This document shows positions 1-12,632 of a stretch of 64,000 nucleotides of DNA, in pieces (the first letter of the stretch is position 1; each line of letters begins with the position of its first letter). The position numbers and the translations under genes are program-made. Source of the DNA: Callorhinchus milii (Eukaryota); assembly GCF_018977255.1 (NCBI RefSeq), contig NW_024704761.1, positions 2,170,001 through 2,234,000 of the forward strand, given 5' to 3'. Under the pieces are notes generated by a model. The model did not search any database and was not told the origin of the DNA. It was given only the letters and a program-made list of their open reading frames with translations.

Positions 1-465
1 AATCACATCCAGGTGATCCATCTCCTACGTGTCAAAAGGAACAGTGTTAACCAGTACAGCTATCATGGACATAATATCATAGCATAAACCATAACATAAC
101 ATGTAGGAGCAGGAGTAGGCCATTCGACCCCGCCATTCAATCATGGCTGATCTTCTAATCTAACTCCAGCTAATAACCTAACCTGCCTTATCCCCATATC
201 CCTTAATCCCTTTTGCAATAACCATGGACAGAAGATTGCCAAGGAGGATAAACAGGCGCTGTCAAAGAGAAATGTCTTGAGGCAGGGATGGAGCAAGTCA
301 TAGGGACTCTGGGATGCAGTACCAGAGAATGGGATCAGATAGGCTGAAAGTGTGATCACCAATGGTGGGGTGGGAGACTTGAAGCAGGCTGGTGTCTCGA
401 GAGTCTGTGTGTGTGTGTGTGTGTGTGACACAAGAGTGAGGGTGAATTATTTGTGGTAAACATAC

Positions 466-3400
466 TGGCTCCCTGAGGTCCATCTCCTTCAGAACAGACT
501 TCACGTTGTCCAATCGTTGCTTCAAGTAGAGGCTTTCACTTTTGCTCTTGGCAACAGATTTTCCGCCTTTGGGGAAGTTTGAACCTAAAAAAAAAGAGAA
601 AGGAGTTTAAACAAAGAAGGGTGACAAACCCCTTTACAAGCTGCCTTGAGAAAGTTATCCAAACACAGCACATTGCAACTCAGCTGCTCTGTTTACTGTT
701 GGTACAATCCAGGCCTGCTGTAACTCCTGCAACTGAATATAATTTATAGAATAGGAAAACCAAGACTGCATGCAGTATTACAGGTGTTCCTCATCAACCA
801 ACATAGAATTGTAACATAGCTTCGCTTATACATGATACCTTAGTGATACATCCCAGGATTTAGTTTACTTTCTGAGTGCCATGTACTGCTGCCTTTAGTG
901 ACTCTGATCCGCCCGGTCTGATCCCTCAAACACATCAACACTCAGCCTGCATCCATCACGCCAGATATACTGCTTTCGGGAAGGATTAATAAATACCTTC
1001 CTCCTGCTTTATCGCCAATGATTTTCCGACATGAATTAGAGGTGGTGGATAACCACGCTCTGTCTGGTTCAAGGTTAGCATCAGGCCACTCAGCTCATCG
1101 CCAATCAATGGTGGCTGGTGCCAAAACTCGCTCCCCACATGGTAGCCCTGAAATAGGCAGAAAACAACACAACTTTTACTTTAATATCATAAAGCAATAT
1201 GCAGCACTCTTGCCTGGCACGATGCTGTATTCTGGCTTACAAACTGTGGGCTAAAAGGTCAGAAAGATCAAAATGCTCAGGTAAATGAAAATTAAAGATG
1301 TATCACTGCAGACAGATATAGATACTTACCCATATAATAATAATAATAATCCTTGCATTTGATATAGCGCTTTTCACGTCGGGAGGACGTCCCAAAGCGC
1401 TTCACAGAATATACTGTAAAGTGAATTGACTGTATATTTTGTGGGCGAACGCGGCAGCCAATTGCGCACAGCAATGTCCCACAAACAGTCGTAGATTGAA
1501 AATGACCAATTTATTATTGTTTTGGGTTTTTGGAGGGATTATTATTAGGCGTGTGGAGTAAGGAAACTTGCCCAAGGTTTCGCCCTGCCTGGAATTGAAC
1601 CCAGGTGTCTTGCTTGCAAAGCAAGTGCTCTAACCACTGAGCTACAGGACTCCACATGGTAGCCAAGCAGCAATCACTGACCTCTGGCGTGTGTCACAGG
1701 AAGCTTCCTTCTCCGTGAGCTCCAGCAGGTAACAAGCCTTGAGCAATGGGGTGCCAACATGTGCTTACCTTGCCGTGGCCCTGTAGGGCAATGCTGAGAT
1801 CAATCAGATGGTAGTTAAGTTTCATTTGCCCCAAATCCTCTGACTGATTGATGAGCAATTGAGTAGATGGCTTCTGCAGCAACCCTGAGAGGGAATAGAC
1901 AAGTTCAAAGGAACAAGAGAGGTTGTAGGATTAGGAAAACAACAACAAATTACATTTGTCAGGAGGACGTCCCAAGGCGCTGAACAGTCAGGCATTTGGA
2001 CCCGAGTTGGAGATTGGAATTAGGAGGGGTGGAGGACGGGGAGGGTAGGGGTAGGAGGGTGGTTGAAGAGGGTCTTGAAACAGAAAATGTTAATTCTTTC
2101 AACAACAAGTGAGATAGATTTCTTTTAGGGAATAATATCTTAGGATACAATATACAGTTTGGGACACGACATTTACGTGCAACTGCCAGGATGATGGAAG
2201 GCAAACTTCTTTCGCGTAGCAAATTCTTATTGTCTCATTCTATCTGAAACTTACGAGCGAGTTTTGCCTGTTGCTTCTTTCTATCTGCCATGTGCTGTTG
2301 CCAGTTCTCCAGGGCACTCTCCTGATGATGGGCTTTGTAACCAGCATGAAGCCTGGCTTTCTTCTTGTAATTGCTCAGAACTGGTGGTTTGGGTTCAGTT
2401 TGGAGGCTGGTGGGGATGAGGGATGCTAACTAAGGGGAAAGGAAATAGCAAGTTCAGTAATTACAAGTTCACTATTGTTCCCATGCATCAACACATAATG
2501 TGACAGCGTTATACTGAAATCAGCAACAATGGGAAACAACAAACCCACTTTGTCAAGATACCGTAGCCCAGAGATAAGTTGATTTGTTCATTCAGTGCTT
2601 TCATTCTTCTGTCCAGTTACATGGGTGGCAACAGTGTGGATTGGCTCCCTGGACTGTGACCTCAAAGTCCTGACGTAGGTCTTTGATCCCACAACCTTCT
2701 GACTTAGAGGCGAGAGTACTACCACAGAGACTAAACTTCCTGTGATGCCTCCTACAAAGTGCTGATGAAATATATTTCATGATGAAATCGGTCACTCACT
2801 TTATGGCTGATTGTGGGACATCACTGTCTGCAAATTGGCTGCCATGTTTGTCTACAAAATGCACAGTCCCTGCACTTCAGATAAAATCCTGCAAAGCGCT
2901 TTGAGACATCCTCCAGACCCAAAAGGCCGACATCAAATTTAAGGTTTTTTTTACATTGAAAATGGATACCTTTTTCATCATTTTAATTGTGTGAGAGAAT
3001 CAAGTCATCAGGTCATTAGCCCACGTGTTACTCCGTAACTCACTCGCTGATCTGACAGGAATCTGGACTTTACCTCCTCATTTCCTCTTCTAAGCAATTC
3101 ACGCCTGAAGTCCTCCAACCTTCCCAGGATGCTGTGGGGCAGGATTCGTCCCTGGGCATCGAACCGTGGCCCTCCCGGACCTGCAGGTTCAGGGAACAGC
3201 TCAATACACACAATGTGAGCACAGTACTTGTCTGCCTCCAGACAACAGCTGTCTGTTAGGGCCTTGTCATTGTTGTTGTGGTTGTGGTTGGCTGCCAAGG
3301 CTGGGGGATAATGGGGTGAATGCCCAAGCGTTGGTGCAGGCAGATTTGGGGTAACATTGAACTGTGGATAGATATTTCTTCAACACAACTTGGGAATATT

Positions 3401-5229
3401 AGCTGTTCACTCCCATGACTTAAATACTCCCACCTTAATTAATGATCATCGTGAAGAGACACTTGGGTGGGTACACAGAGGCTAAATACACCACAAATTA
3501 TTTGCATGAACTGGACTGGTTTTAGACACCATTAGTCAATGTCAATATCATTCTTTACACAGAACTTCTCTGTCCTGTCAAGCCCCAACTGGTTTCAGAT
3601 CTCGGGGAACTCCCACAGAAACGAGATCAAGGAACGTAAAGCAGGTCCTAGGCCAGAACCCACAACGCTTGTTGCAACTGTGAGAAGGGTACAGGTGAGT
3701 GGGCCTCAGCTGCTGGACACCGAGAGACAGAGAGAGATGCCGAGCAGTGAGGAACCCAGCAACAACAACAACAACTTGGATTTACATCGCACCCTCCGGC
3801 GTCTCAGAGCGCTTCACAGTAAGGAATCCCGGGGCCGAGCCGGGGGGAGGGGAGGAAGGTGACCAAAGGCGCGGTCGAAAAGAAAGGTCTTCAGAAGGGA
3901 CCTGAAAGGGACAGCAAGTCCCACTTCAAGAGGCTGAGAAACATAAATAGGAGAAAACACTGACTGACACGTGAGAGAACAGCAAACTTCAAAATGTACA
4001 CAAGCCTGGCCAAGAGAACTCTTCCACCCGCCACCCACACCAGGCAATCTGTAACTAAATATACACTAAGTATACAAGAAAACTCAATTTAGTGCAAAGA
4101 CAAAAAAAGTGACAGACCTGAGTAGTCCACAGATTTAATGATTTCTTCAACCAAAGTCGGTTTGGCCACAAGTTTCTTCACTTTATCCTCGTTTGGCCTT
4201 GGTTTTCGAATCACCAGAGTGCTTTTGACAAACGACTTGGTTCTAGTCAGTTTTGGGTAGTGAAGCTGCCGGGGACAAGAGTAAAAAGGTAAAACGGAAT
4301 TATTCTCAATCTTTTATACGTTACTTATCTCTGTCCAGAGCCCCATTGATGTTTCAGCTGGTGATTGGTTCACTCGGATTGTCCTCAGCACCAGAGAGGA
4401 ATAGACGGGTGTATGAGAGGGGAATAGAGGAATGTACAGTGTACTTTCCCACACAGACTGTACTGTGTACTGTGTACATGCTGTATCAGTCTGCATAACT
4501 CTGTGTACCTTTTCCAAATCAACCTTCTTGATAGCCAGGGCCATGATATCATCTCCTTTCAGCACACTGTCCTTCCCCGGGTCCTCTTCGATTGGCATAA
4601 ATTCCTCGATCCCTTTCAGCCTCTTCTTCTCTGGAAGCGAATCCAACAAAAGTCAGCAACAGCTTCCAGCAAATCGCACATTTGTACATCCAACAATATT
4701 GTCATCCCACCCTGTCCCCGAGCCACCTGGTCACCCTCCTACCCCTTCCCTCCTACCCCTCCTGATCCCAACCCCCAGTTCGGGTCCAAACCCTGACTGT
4801 CCAGCGCCTTGGGATGTCCTCCCGACGTGAAAGGGCGCTGTACACATGTAATTTGCTGCTGTTCCACAGTTAAACAGTGGTATTGGATGACGGTGTCCTA
4901 TCCTCTGCTCCACCTCATCCAATGCATTGTTTACCCGTAGAAACAATCACTAAACATCACCGGGATCGCATGGCCTTGAGTATCGATTGGCTTCATTGAT
5001 TATCGGCGTTGGATTGGCTTAAAACGTAGAAGCTGAGCTGCCCCCAATAATGGGCTGAACCCAAATACCCCCAATAGATACACTGTTTAACTGCAGAATA
5101 ATCATTAAGTCTCCCCCCCCCCCCCCCCCCCCCGAGGCAGGAGTCCGACCTCCGGCGCCTCTCACCCGGCGGCGTCTTCTGCCCCGGGTCCTTCTGCATG
5201 AGTTTGGAGGACTTGCGGCCACTCGCCAT
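466..5229 (-). CDS. MYCBPAP: MYCBP-associated protein, 5' part (exons 5166-5229, 4509-4630, 4118-4265, 3074-3180, 2255-2429, 1769-1884, 997-1147, 466-584); continues beyond the left edge
   Basis: Spliced translation MASGRKSSK...EKKRLKG...VLKGDDIMALAIKKVDL...DYSGPGG...ILPHSILGRLEDFRR...SEFW...IGDELSGL matches MYCBPAP motifs as I recall them; all introns GT-AG with consistent phases; adjacent to RSAD1 as in human. Confidence 0.9.
1333..1653 (-). mobile_element. Full-length tRNA-derived SINE (young family) in a MYCBPAP intron
   Basis: tRNA-like head with A/B boxes, conserved body, L2-like hairpin tail and (TAT)n end; near-identical copies elsewhere in the window. Confidence 0.9.
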
Positions 5230-5253
5230 CTTCCTGGTGAGCAGCGTCCTCCC

Positions 5254-5267
5254 GTCACCATGGCAAC
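5254..5267. promoter_or_regulatory. RFX X-box GTCACCATGGCAAC, with adjacent ETS-like (CACTTCCG) and GC-box motifs, about 25 nt upstream of the MYCBPAP ATG
   Basis: Matches the palindromic RFX consensus GTNRCC(N)0-3RGYAAC, in a CpG-rich promoter of a cilia/flagella-associated gene. Confidence 0.7.
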
Positions 5268-5888
5268 CCGCACTTCCGCCCCCGCCGCCGCCCTTTAACT
5301 CTTTAAAGGGGACGGGGATCCACACGGTCCGAACCCAGCCGGCGATTTATTGACGGCCGTCCAAAAAAAAAATCAACAGTGCTGCCATTGGCCACTACAC
5401 ATCTGAAGACTAACCGAAACGATTAATTCACGTTCAGTCTACGTTAAAGATGCGAGGGTTGTTGTTTGTACTATTACCCACTGCCTGCTCTTCACCTTGC
5501 TATTGAAGCCTATCCCTCAGAGGGTCAGGTTTGACCCACCCCCACCCCAGCTGTCCTTCCAACCCCGCACGCGGACCCTGACCAGAACCGCTTTCCTCCA
5601 CCTCGGTTACGTTGCCCACCTCTGACCGTATCTCACGTCCAACGCAGACGAAATCCTCGTCCACGCCTTTCATCACCTTCGTCCCATTGGCACTGAGCTG
5701 GCTGGCCACCAGGAAGGGAACCACGGATGAAGATGTGTCACAGAGGCCAGAGAGGGGAAGAAAATCAGTACAAACAGCCGTCCCTGGGTCTTGCCAGCAT
5801 CACTGGAGCCAAACAGAATGTCGGCAGGTGGCAGGAATGAATGAAAGATCAGAGCAAATAACTAGCGACAGGAAAACATTCAATACAT

Positions 5889-5894
5889 TTTATT
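5889..5894 (-). terminator. Probable RSAD1 polyadenylation signal (AATAAA on the minus strand)
   Basis: TTTATT on + strand about 530 nt past the RSAD1 stop, in AT-rich context. Confidence 0.55.
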
Positions 5895-6422
5895 TCCCTA
5901 AAAATATTGTCATTTCCCTTTACAGTAAAAAAAACCTGAGCAGCATTTTGACAATTCGATTAAATATACAAAGAACAATAATCCCTGAATTTGATAAAGT
6001 TCATTTAGCAAGAGTTCGCCTTCACACTTAGTCATTTTTACGTTATAAAAATAGTAACTTTCAAGATGAGCAGAAGTTTAATAATCTTCCGACGTAAACA
6101 CGTGTGTGTGTGTCAGTGTTCAGCTGCTGGGGAAGTTTACATCTTCACACAGCAAAACAAGCAGCTCCTCACACCGCTGTCTCCAACACGGCTTTTGTCT
6201 CCAGGGGAGTGGGGTGGGGGGGGGCAGTCCAGGGGGGTGGCGGGAGGGGAACATTCCTCTGTTCCTATGTCTTGTGTTTAGGCCTGGACTCCTCCCTTCC
6301 TCTGGCCACAGCATTGCTCAGTCCACCATCAGTCACTTTGGTCGGGGAGGATTCAATTTCAGTCTGAAGAGACTCAGAATGAGTGTGAAATCCCGGCCCA
6401 GAGCTCGGAGTTTGCGAGCGAG

Positions 6423-8332
6423 TCAGAGGCCTTGAGCTGTGGAAGCCTTGTGCGAGAGGTGGAGCTGGTGGAGGAGGGTGGGCAGCAGGCTGTCCAGCAG
6501 GGCCAGGCCATCCCACGTGCACCGCAGTCCCCTGGAGAGAGAAGGGCAAAGGGTTAATCCAGCCTGCAACAGCCCAACAGCACAAATAGCCTGTCACACA
6601 AAGGGTGGTGGAAATCTGAAACGCCCTCCTGTGGATTACGGCTGGATCCATTCACATTGTCAAGACTGAAGTGGATAGATATTTGTTAGGTCAGGGTACC
6701 GAGGGATATGGAGCAAAGGTGGGTTAATTGGAGTCGAGGCACAGATCAGCCATGATCCAATAGAATGGTGGACCAGGCTCGAGGAGTTGAATGGCCTAGT
6801 CCTGTTCCTGTGTATCTGCAATTGGGAACTCGGCAAACATCAGTCTTTGGCTCAGGGCTGAAAGAGCTGGGAAAGTCCCAAGTTACAATGAGAGACTGAT
6901 GTCCCCCCTCCCCCCCCCCCATCAATACCTTTGGTCCAAGACAAGCAACCCCTGCTCCAGGTAGTCCTGCACTGGCTGCGACTCCCCCAGCGCTGCCCAC
7001 AGACTCAATCCAGCCGAGCTCCGCAGCCACTCCTGCAATACACACACACACACATAAGCCACAGTGACAGGCAGACTGACAGACAGACAGACAGGCAGGG
7101 CAGGCAGGACAGCAGACAGACATCGCTCTCACTTACTCCGTGGGTGATTCCCTCGCTCATCCGGAGTCCCAGCACCAGCTTCTCCTCCAACCTGTAAAAT
7201 CACACAACCTGTATTTCGTTATACGACACTACATCAAAACAAGCACTGAACAATCTCTTCCGGATTCCCCATGTCCTCAGTGAAGGCTGTCAGCTTACAT
7301 GTCCAGCGGGCTCTGCTGCACTCTCTTCCTGGTTGCGTGGCCGAACTTCCTGACCTCCCTCATCCAGTTCTCAGGCTCCAAGGTCTGTATCCTGGCTTCT
7401 CTCTGACCGCTACCCTCGCCCCATGGGACAAACCTGCCGTGAGCACCTGCAGGAGGCAAAGAACAGTGGCCAGGGTCTCATACACTAACATTCTCCCCTC
7501 GGCACGGACACAACCTAGAGGTGGAAATCAGGAAGTCAGCTCCCTGTACTAGACTTATTATTAAGAGAATGTCAGAATCAAGCCAGCCCTCGGGGGCAGT
7601 CTCGTTAGTCCGGTTCCTGAGCCAGGCGGGTCCGGAGTATTCCAGGGCACTCACTGCTGATGACAGCACAGCCCGGCTCATCGGCAGGACCTGGAAGGGC
7701 AGACCAGTCACTGGGGGCAGGCCCACACCTCATTTACACACACTTCATCACCGCAATTCTCACCTGGTCCCACACCGATGTACTGCTTGCCCTGCCAATA
7801 GCCCATGTTATGGACACTGACTGCTCCCTGCAAATAAGCAAATAGCAGATCATCAAACCCTCCTCACATGTCCACACTCCCCTCTCCCTGCAGCTCCCAC
7901 CATCCTCAGTCACGAGGTCCTTCTCACAGCTCATCACAGCCAGCTCATAAACGTAAACACGTTTACCAAACCTCACTGCTGCCATCCACAAGCTGTGGCT
8001 GTGACACTCTGGGTCCGTTACACCGCGGCTCAGACCCAGGTCCCAGGTGTCACTGGTCTCTATTCCCGGTGACACTGGGCAGTGAGCATCAGCGTGGGAG
8101 AGGGATACACACGGCTGAGCTCAATCCCACCATGTCCTCGTACACTCCAGCTGCTCAGGGACACTCAAGGGCTCTGAGACGTTACCCTGCGTGGAGGGCG
8201 CTATATAAGTGCAAGTTGTTGTTGCTCGGCAATAGATCACTGAACACACAGAGGCCATTCAGCCCATCAGTGATCAGTAACCCTCGCTTTTGGAAACTAC
8301 TGTATTTCACTGCACACAGAGGCAGACACTTC

Positions 8333-8368
<36 letters not shown>

Positions 8369-10752
8369 AAGCTTGCTGAGTTAAGCCTGTGTGATAACGT
8401 GTGGCTTCCCTCGCCAGCGTCCCGCTCACCCCATCACCGCGTACCTTTCTGGCGAAGTTGGAGACCTCATACTGGTGGAAGCCCTCCCCCTGCAGGATGG
8501 TCCTGGCCGCGGTGTACATGGCAGCCATCTCTTCGGGTCCCGGCATGCTCAGGGTCTTCTGGCTGACCTGTCTGAACAGTGCCGTCCCCCTCTCCAGGGT
8601 CAGCTGGTAGAGCGAGATGTGATGGTCACAGAGCAGCAGGAGCTCCTGCAGCTCGGCCTCCCACAAGCCCAGGCTCTGGCCCGGCCTCCCGAACAGCACG
8701 TCCACAGAGGTCCGGCCCGGGAACAAGGCTCGGGCTTCTCCCAGGCTCCACAGGGCTTCCTGAGCCGTGTGGTCCCGTCCCAGAATCAGCAGGTCGGCAT
8801 CACGTAAAGCCTGGTTTCCAGCAGGAACGGGAACACGAGGGGAGGGGATTAGAAACTGTCTCACTGAAGTGGCGGTGAAATCTGTCGCTAAACTCCACAG
8901 TAAATAGGCAGGGAATCCTCCCACTCAGCTCCTGTTAACACCGATCCCGCTTTTTGGCAAGCCGGGTATCTGGCACGTGCAGTAAAACCCTTCGCCATGT
9001 TTGAGATTTACGCAAACCAGATTCCGTGATCACAAACAAAGCCACGACCTCCCAACAGCAGAATCCAGTCTGTTATACGGGATACAGGATATGGTGGAAG
9101 CCGATTCGATAACAACTTTTGAGAGAGAACTAGATAATTATTTGGGTTTGCAGGGCTGTGGGGAGAGAGCGGGGGGAGTGGGGTTGATCAGGGCTATGGG
9201 GAGAGCGCGGCGGAGTGGGGTTGATCACGGCTCACCTCACCTGAACTCCCAGAGACAGGCGGTTGACCCCGACCGCCTTAAACTGGGCCAGTCTGGAGGC
9301 CGCGGCCGATCTGGGGTTTGCTTCCAGACTGATCTCCGCATCGCTGGCCAGGAAGGTGGTCTTGGCTACCGTCTCCAAAAGACTCCCGACGGTGGACGGC
9401 CTGGCCAGGCTCGGAGTTCCTCCGCCGAAGAAAACCGACGTGATCCTGAATCAGACCACAAAGAGCAGAGGCAAGCCGGCTGACTCAGGTTACCTCTGGG
9501 TTCCTGTGCGTGAATTTATTCAGTTGATACCCCCATCTCTCCCCCCCCCCCCCACCCACACCGCACAATGCCACGCCACAAAGCTCTCGTCAGCACCAGG
9601 GCAGACGGTGACTTACTGCTTGACTTGGCTGACACGCAGCAGCGTTTGGGTCTCTCGGACCAGACATTCCCTCATCACGTCGTGATCCACCGCCCTCGGG
9701 ATGTACTTGTTGAAGTTACAGTAGGTGCACCTCCTCTCACAGTAAGGCCACTGCAGCACAAACATACATTAGCCCCCCCCCCTCACAACACACACAGCCC
9801 CCCCCCACACACACACAGCCCCCCCCACACACACACAGCCCCCCCACACACACACACAGCCCCCCCACACACACACAGCCCCCCCTCGCAACACACACAG
9901 CCCCCGCCTCGCAACACACACAGCCCCCCCCTCGCAACACACACAGCCCCCCCTCGCAACACACACAGCCCCCCCTGCAACACACACAGCCCCCACCGCC
10001 CCCGCAACAACCCCCACTCCCACAGCACCCCCTCCCCACACATAGCCCCCCCATACACACACACACAGCCCCCCCCCCACACACACACAGCCCCACTGCC
10101 CCCCGCAACAACCCCACTCCCACAGCACCCCCTCCCCACACACAGCCCCCCCATACACACACACAGCCCCCCCCGACACACACAGCACCCCCCCACCCCG
10201 ACACACAGCCCCCCACCCCCACAGCCCCCCCCACCCCCCACAGACCCCACCCCCACACAGCACCCCCACCCCCCCACAGACCCCACCCCCACACAGCACC
10301 CCCACACAGCACCCCCCACCCCCCCACAGACCCCACCCCCACACAGCACCCCCACACAGCACCCCCCACCCCCCCACAGACCCCACCCCCACACAGCACC
10401 CCCACACAGCACCCCCCACCCCCCACAGACCCCACCCCCACACAGCACCCCCACACAGCACCCCCCCCCCCACAGACCCCACCCCCACACAGCACCCCCC
10501 TCCCCCCACAGACCCCACCCCAACACAGCACCCCCCCACACACAGCACCGCCCCCCCCCAGGGCTGGTGAGGGCTGTGTGTGTGGGCCCTGTTGTCTCGG
10601 ACTCACGTGGATGTACAGAGCGGCGGCGCTGTCAGTGTAGGGCGGGGGGGGGGGAGGGGGGGGGGGCGGCTCGGCTCCCCCGGGCCCCCGCTCGCCTCCC
10701 GCAGCCAAAGCCGCCCCAACCCGGGGCTGAGCGCCCGGCGCCCGCGGAGCAT
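6423..10752 (-). CDS. RSAD1: Radical SAM domain-containing protein 1 (HemW-like mitochondrial heme chaperone); exons 10607-10752, 9617-9750, 9241-9445, 8445-8810, 7764-7827, 7299-7446, 7137-7191, 6929-7032, 6423-6531; about 443 aa; apparent 1-nt frameshift in the exon 1 G/C homopolymer
   Basis: ALYIH|[13 protein letters not shown] (CxxxCxxC radical SAM motif), [51 protein letters not shown]; canonical splice sites; Arg-rich N-terminus. Confidence 0.93.
9771..10560. repeat. Low-complexity C/A-rich tandem repeat (CCCCCACACACAG-like units) filling most of RSAD1 intron 1
   Basis: About 790 nt almost entirely of C and A with a periodic ACAG motif; source of spurious long ORFs. Confidence 0.95.
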
Positions 10753-10807
10753 CTGACGGCCCCGGACCCGCTGTCTCCAGCAGCTGCTGATGGCGAGAGC
10801 CCCTCCC

Positions 10808-10994
10808 CCGGGGGTGTGGCCATGTGTGTGACCGCCCCCTGGGGGTGTGGCCATGTGTGTGACCGCCCCCTGGGGGTGTGGCCATGTGTGAGACCGCCCC
10901 CGGGGGTGTGGCCATGTGTGAGCCCGCCCCCCGGGGGTGTGGCCATGTGTGAGACCGCCCCATTGGGGGTGTGGCCATATGTGTGCCACCATCC
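10808..10994. repeat. About 30-bp minisatellite (GGGGGTGTGGCCATGTGTGAGACCGCCCC), at least 6 copies, just upstream of RSAD1; runs into an N gap
   Basis: Six units read directly before the gap at 10995. Confidence 0.9.
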
Positions 10995-11152
10995 NNNNNN
11001 NNNNNNNNNNNNNNNNNNNNNNNNNNNNNNNNNNNNNNNNNNNNNNNNNNNNNNNNNNNNNNNNNNNNNNNNNNNNNNNNNNNNNNNNNNNNNNNNNNNN
11101 NNNNNNNNNNNNNNNNNNNNNNNNNNNNNNNNNNNNNNNNNNNNNNNNNNNN
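10995..11152. other. Assembly gap (N run)
   Basis: Run of n characters. Confidence 1.
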
Positions 11153-12085
11153 GCGGGGTGGCTGTGTGTGTGTGTGTGTGTGTGTGTGTGACCCCCCCCC
11201 CCCCCGCGGGGTGGCTGTGTGTGTGTGTGTGTGTGTGTGTGGGGGACATCTCGCGCTCTGTGCTTCGCTCAGTAATAAATCACCGCGGGGCTCTGATCCT
11301 TCAGACCCCAAACACACCCAGAATGAGCGACACGACCCCTGAGCTTTGATGGTTTTATTCGGTTCATCCCCAGTGACGGTGCGTCACTGTGAACACCGGG
11401 GAATACAGCAGAATTAGAACAGAAGAAAAACACCCGAAGTAATCGATAACTATAATAATAATAATCCTTGGATTTACATCATTTGATTCCCACGTCTCAA
11501 ATCGGGTCACAAAATGTACCTCACACTGGATTGACTGCATATTTTGTGGGCGAAACTCGTCAGCCGATTGCGCACAAACAGTCGTGGACCGACAGACCAA
11601 GTTTTTTTTTGTTTGAGTGACGATTTCCCCCCCGGAAATTGATTGGAAATTGACTGGAAATTGATTGGAAACTTGCCTCAAGGTTTCTCCCTGTCCAGGA
11701 ATCGAACCCGGGTCCTCTAACCACTCTGCTATTCAGGATTCCTTACCTGTAATATTCTGTAAAAAAAAAAAAAGTGCCTTCGTAAATGATTGGTACACAT
11801 AAAATTTGTCCTTTTAATCTCCGAAACCGCTCAAGGAACAGCATGATAAAGCATAGGGGGCGTTGGGGCTGCGGGGGCGGGGGCGGGGGCGGGGAGCTCA
11901 GGGTTTTCACGGGCCGAGGACATTCTGGGAAATAAAACAAAATCAAAGCCACGTGAGTCCTGTATCCAGTTACCTCCAGCCAATCATTTCAGCCTCATCA
12001 TTGGGTTAGCGTGGCACTGGATCAATTATCCATCATGAGTAAGGAAACATTTGCGTCAGAGCAAATGGCGTAAGAGCGGGGCAGC

Positions 12086-12414
12086 AATAGTAATAATAAT
12101 AGTAATAATAATCCTTGCATTTGATATGGTGCTTTTCACATCCTGGAGACGGCTCAAAGCGCTTCACAGAATATACTGTAAAGTGAATTGACCGTATATT
12201 TGTGGGCAAAACAAAGGCAACCAATTGCGCACAGCAGCGTCCCACAAACAGCCGTGGGTTGAAGTGAGGAATTTATTATTGGTTTTTTTTCTTGAGGGAT
12301 TATTATCAGGCGTGTGGAGTAAGGGAACTTGCCCAAGGTTTCGTCCTGCTGGGAATCAAACCCAGGTCTCTCGCTTGCGAGGCGAGGGCTCTAACCACTG
12401 AGCTACAGGACTCC
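12086..12414 (-). mobile_element. Full-length tRNA-derived SINE downstream of the ACSF2 stop
   Basis: Same head, body and tail as the other copies. Confidence 0.88.
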
Positions 12415-12632
12415 TGAATAGCTCTTTCAAAGAGCCGGCACAGGCATGACAGGAAAAATAGATGTAACAAGTCCTCTGGTTGTGAAAGGCACTATATAAA
12501 GGCAGATTGTTATTGAAGTTTGGTACAAATCAGGATATTTTCATTGCTTAATGTTGGGTCCGTGTAATTGTTTTTAAGAACGATGGGCTCTGGCGTGTTT
12601 CAGTGGAGAATCCCACACCCTTCCTGCTCAGA

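Noticed and set aside
8042-8079. Short hairpin in RSAD1 intron 4 (possible miRNA or structured RNA)
   Set aside because: Stem of only about 14 bp, too short for a pre-miRNA, with no other support.
9568-11349. Long Pro/His/Thr- or Gly/Val/Cys-rich ORFs (up to 593 aa)
   Set aside because: Stop-free by-products of the C/A-rich repeat and N gap; the real gene is spliced RSAD1.
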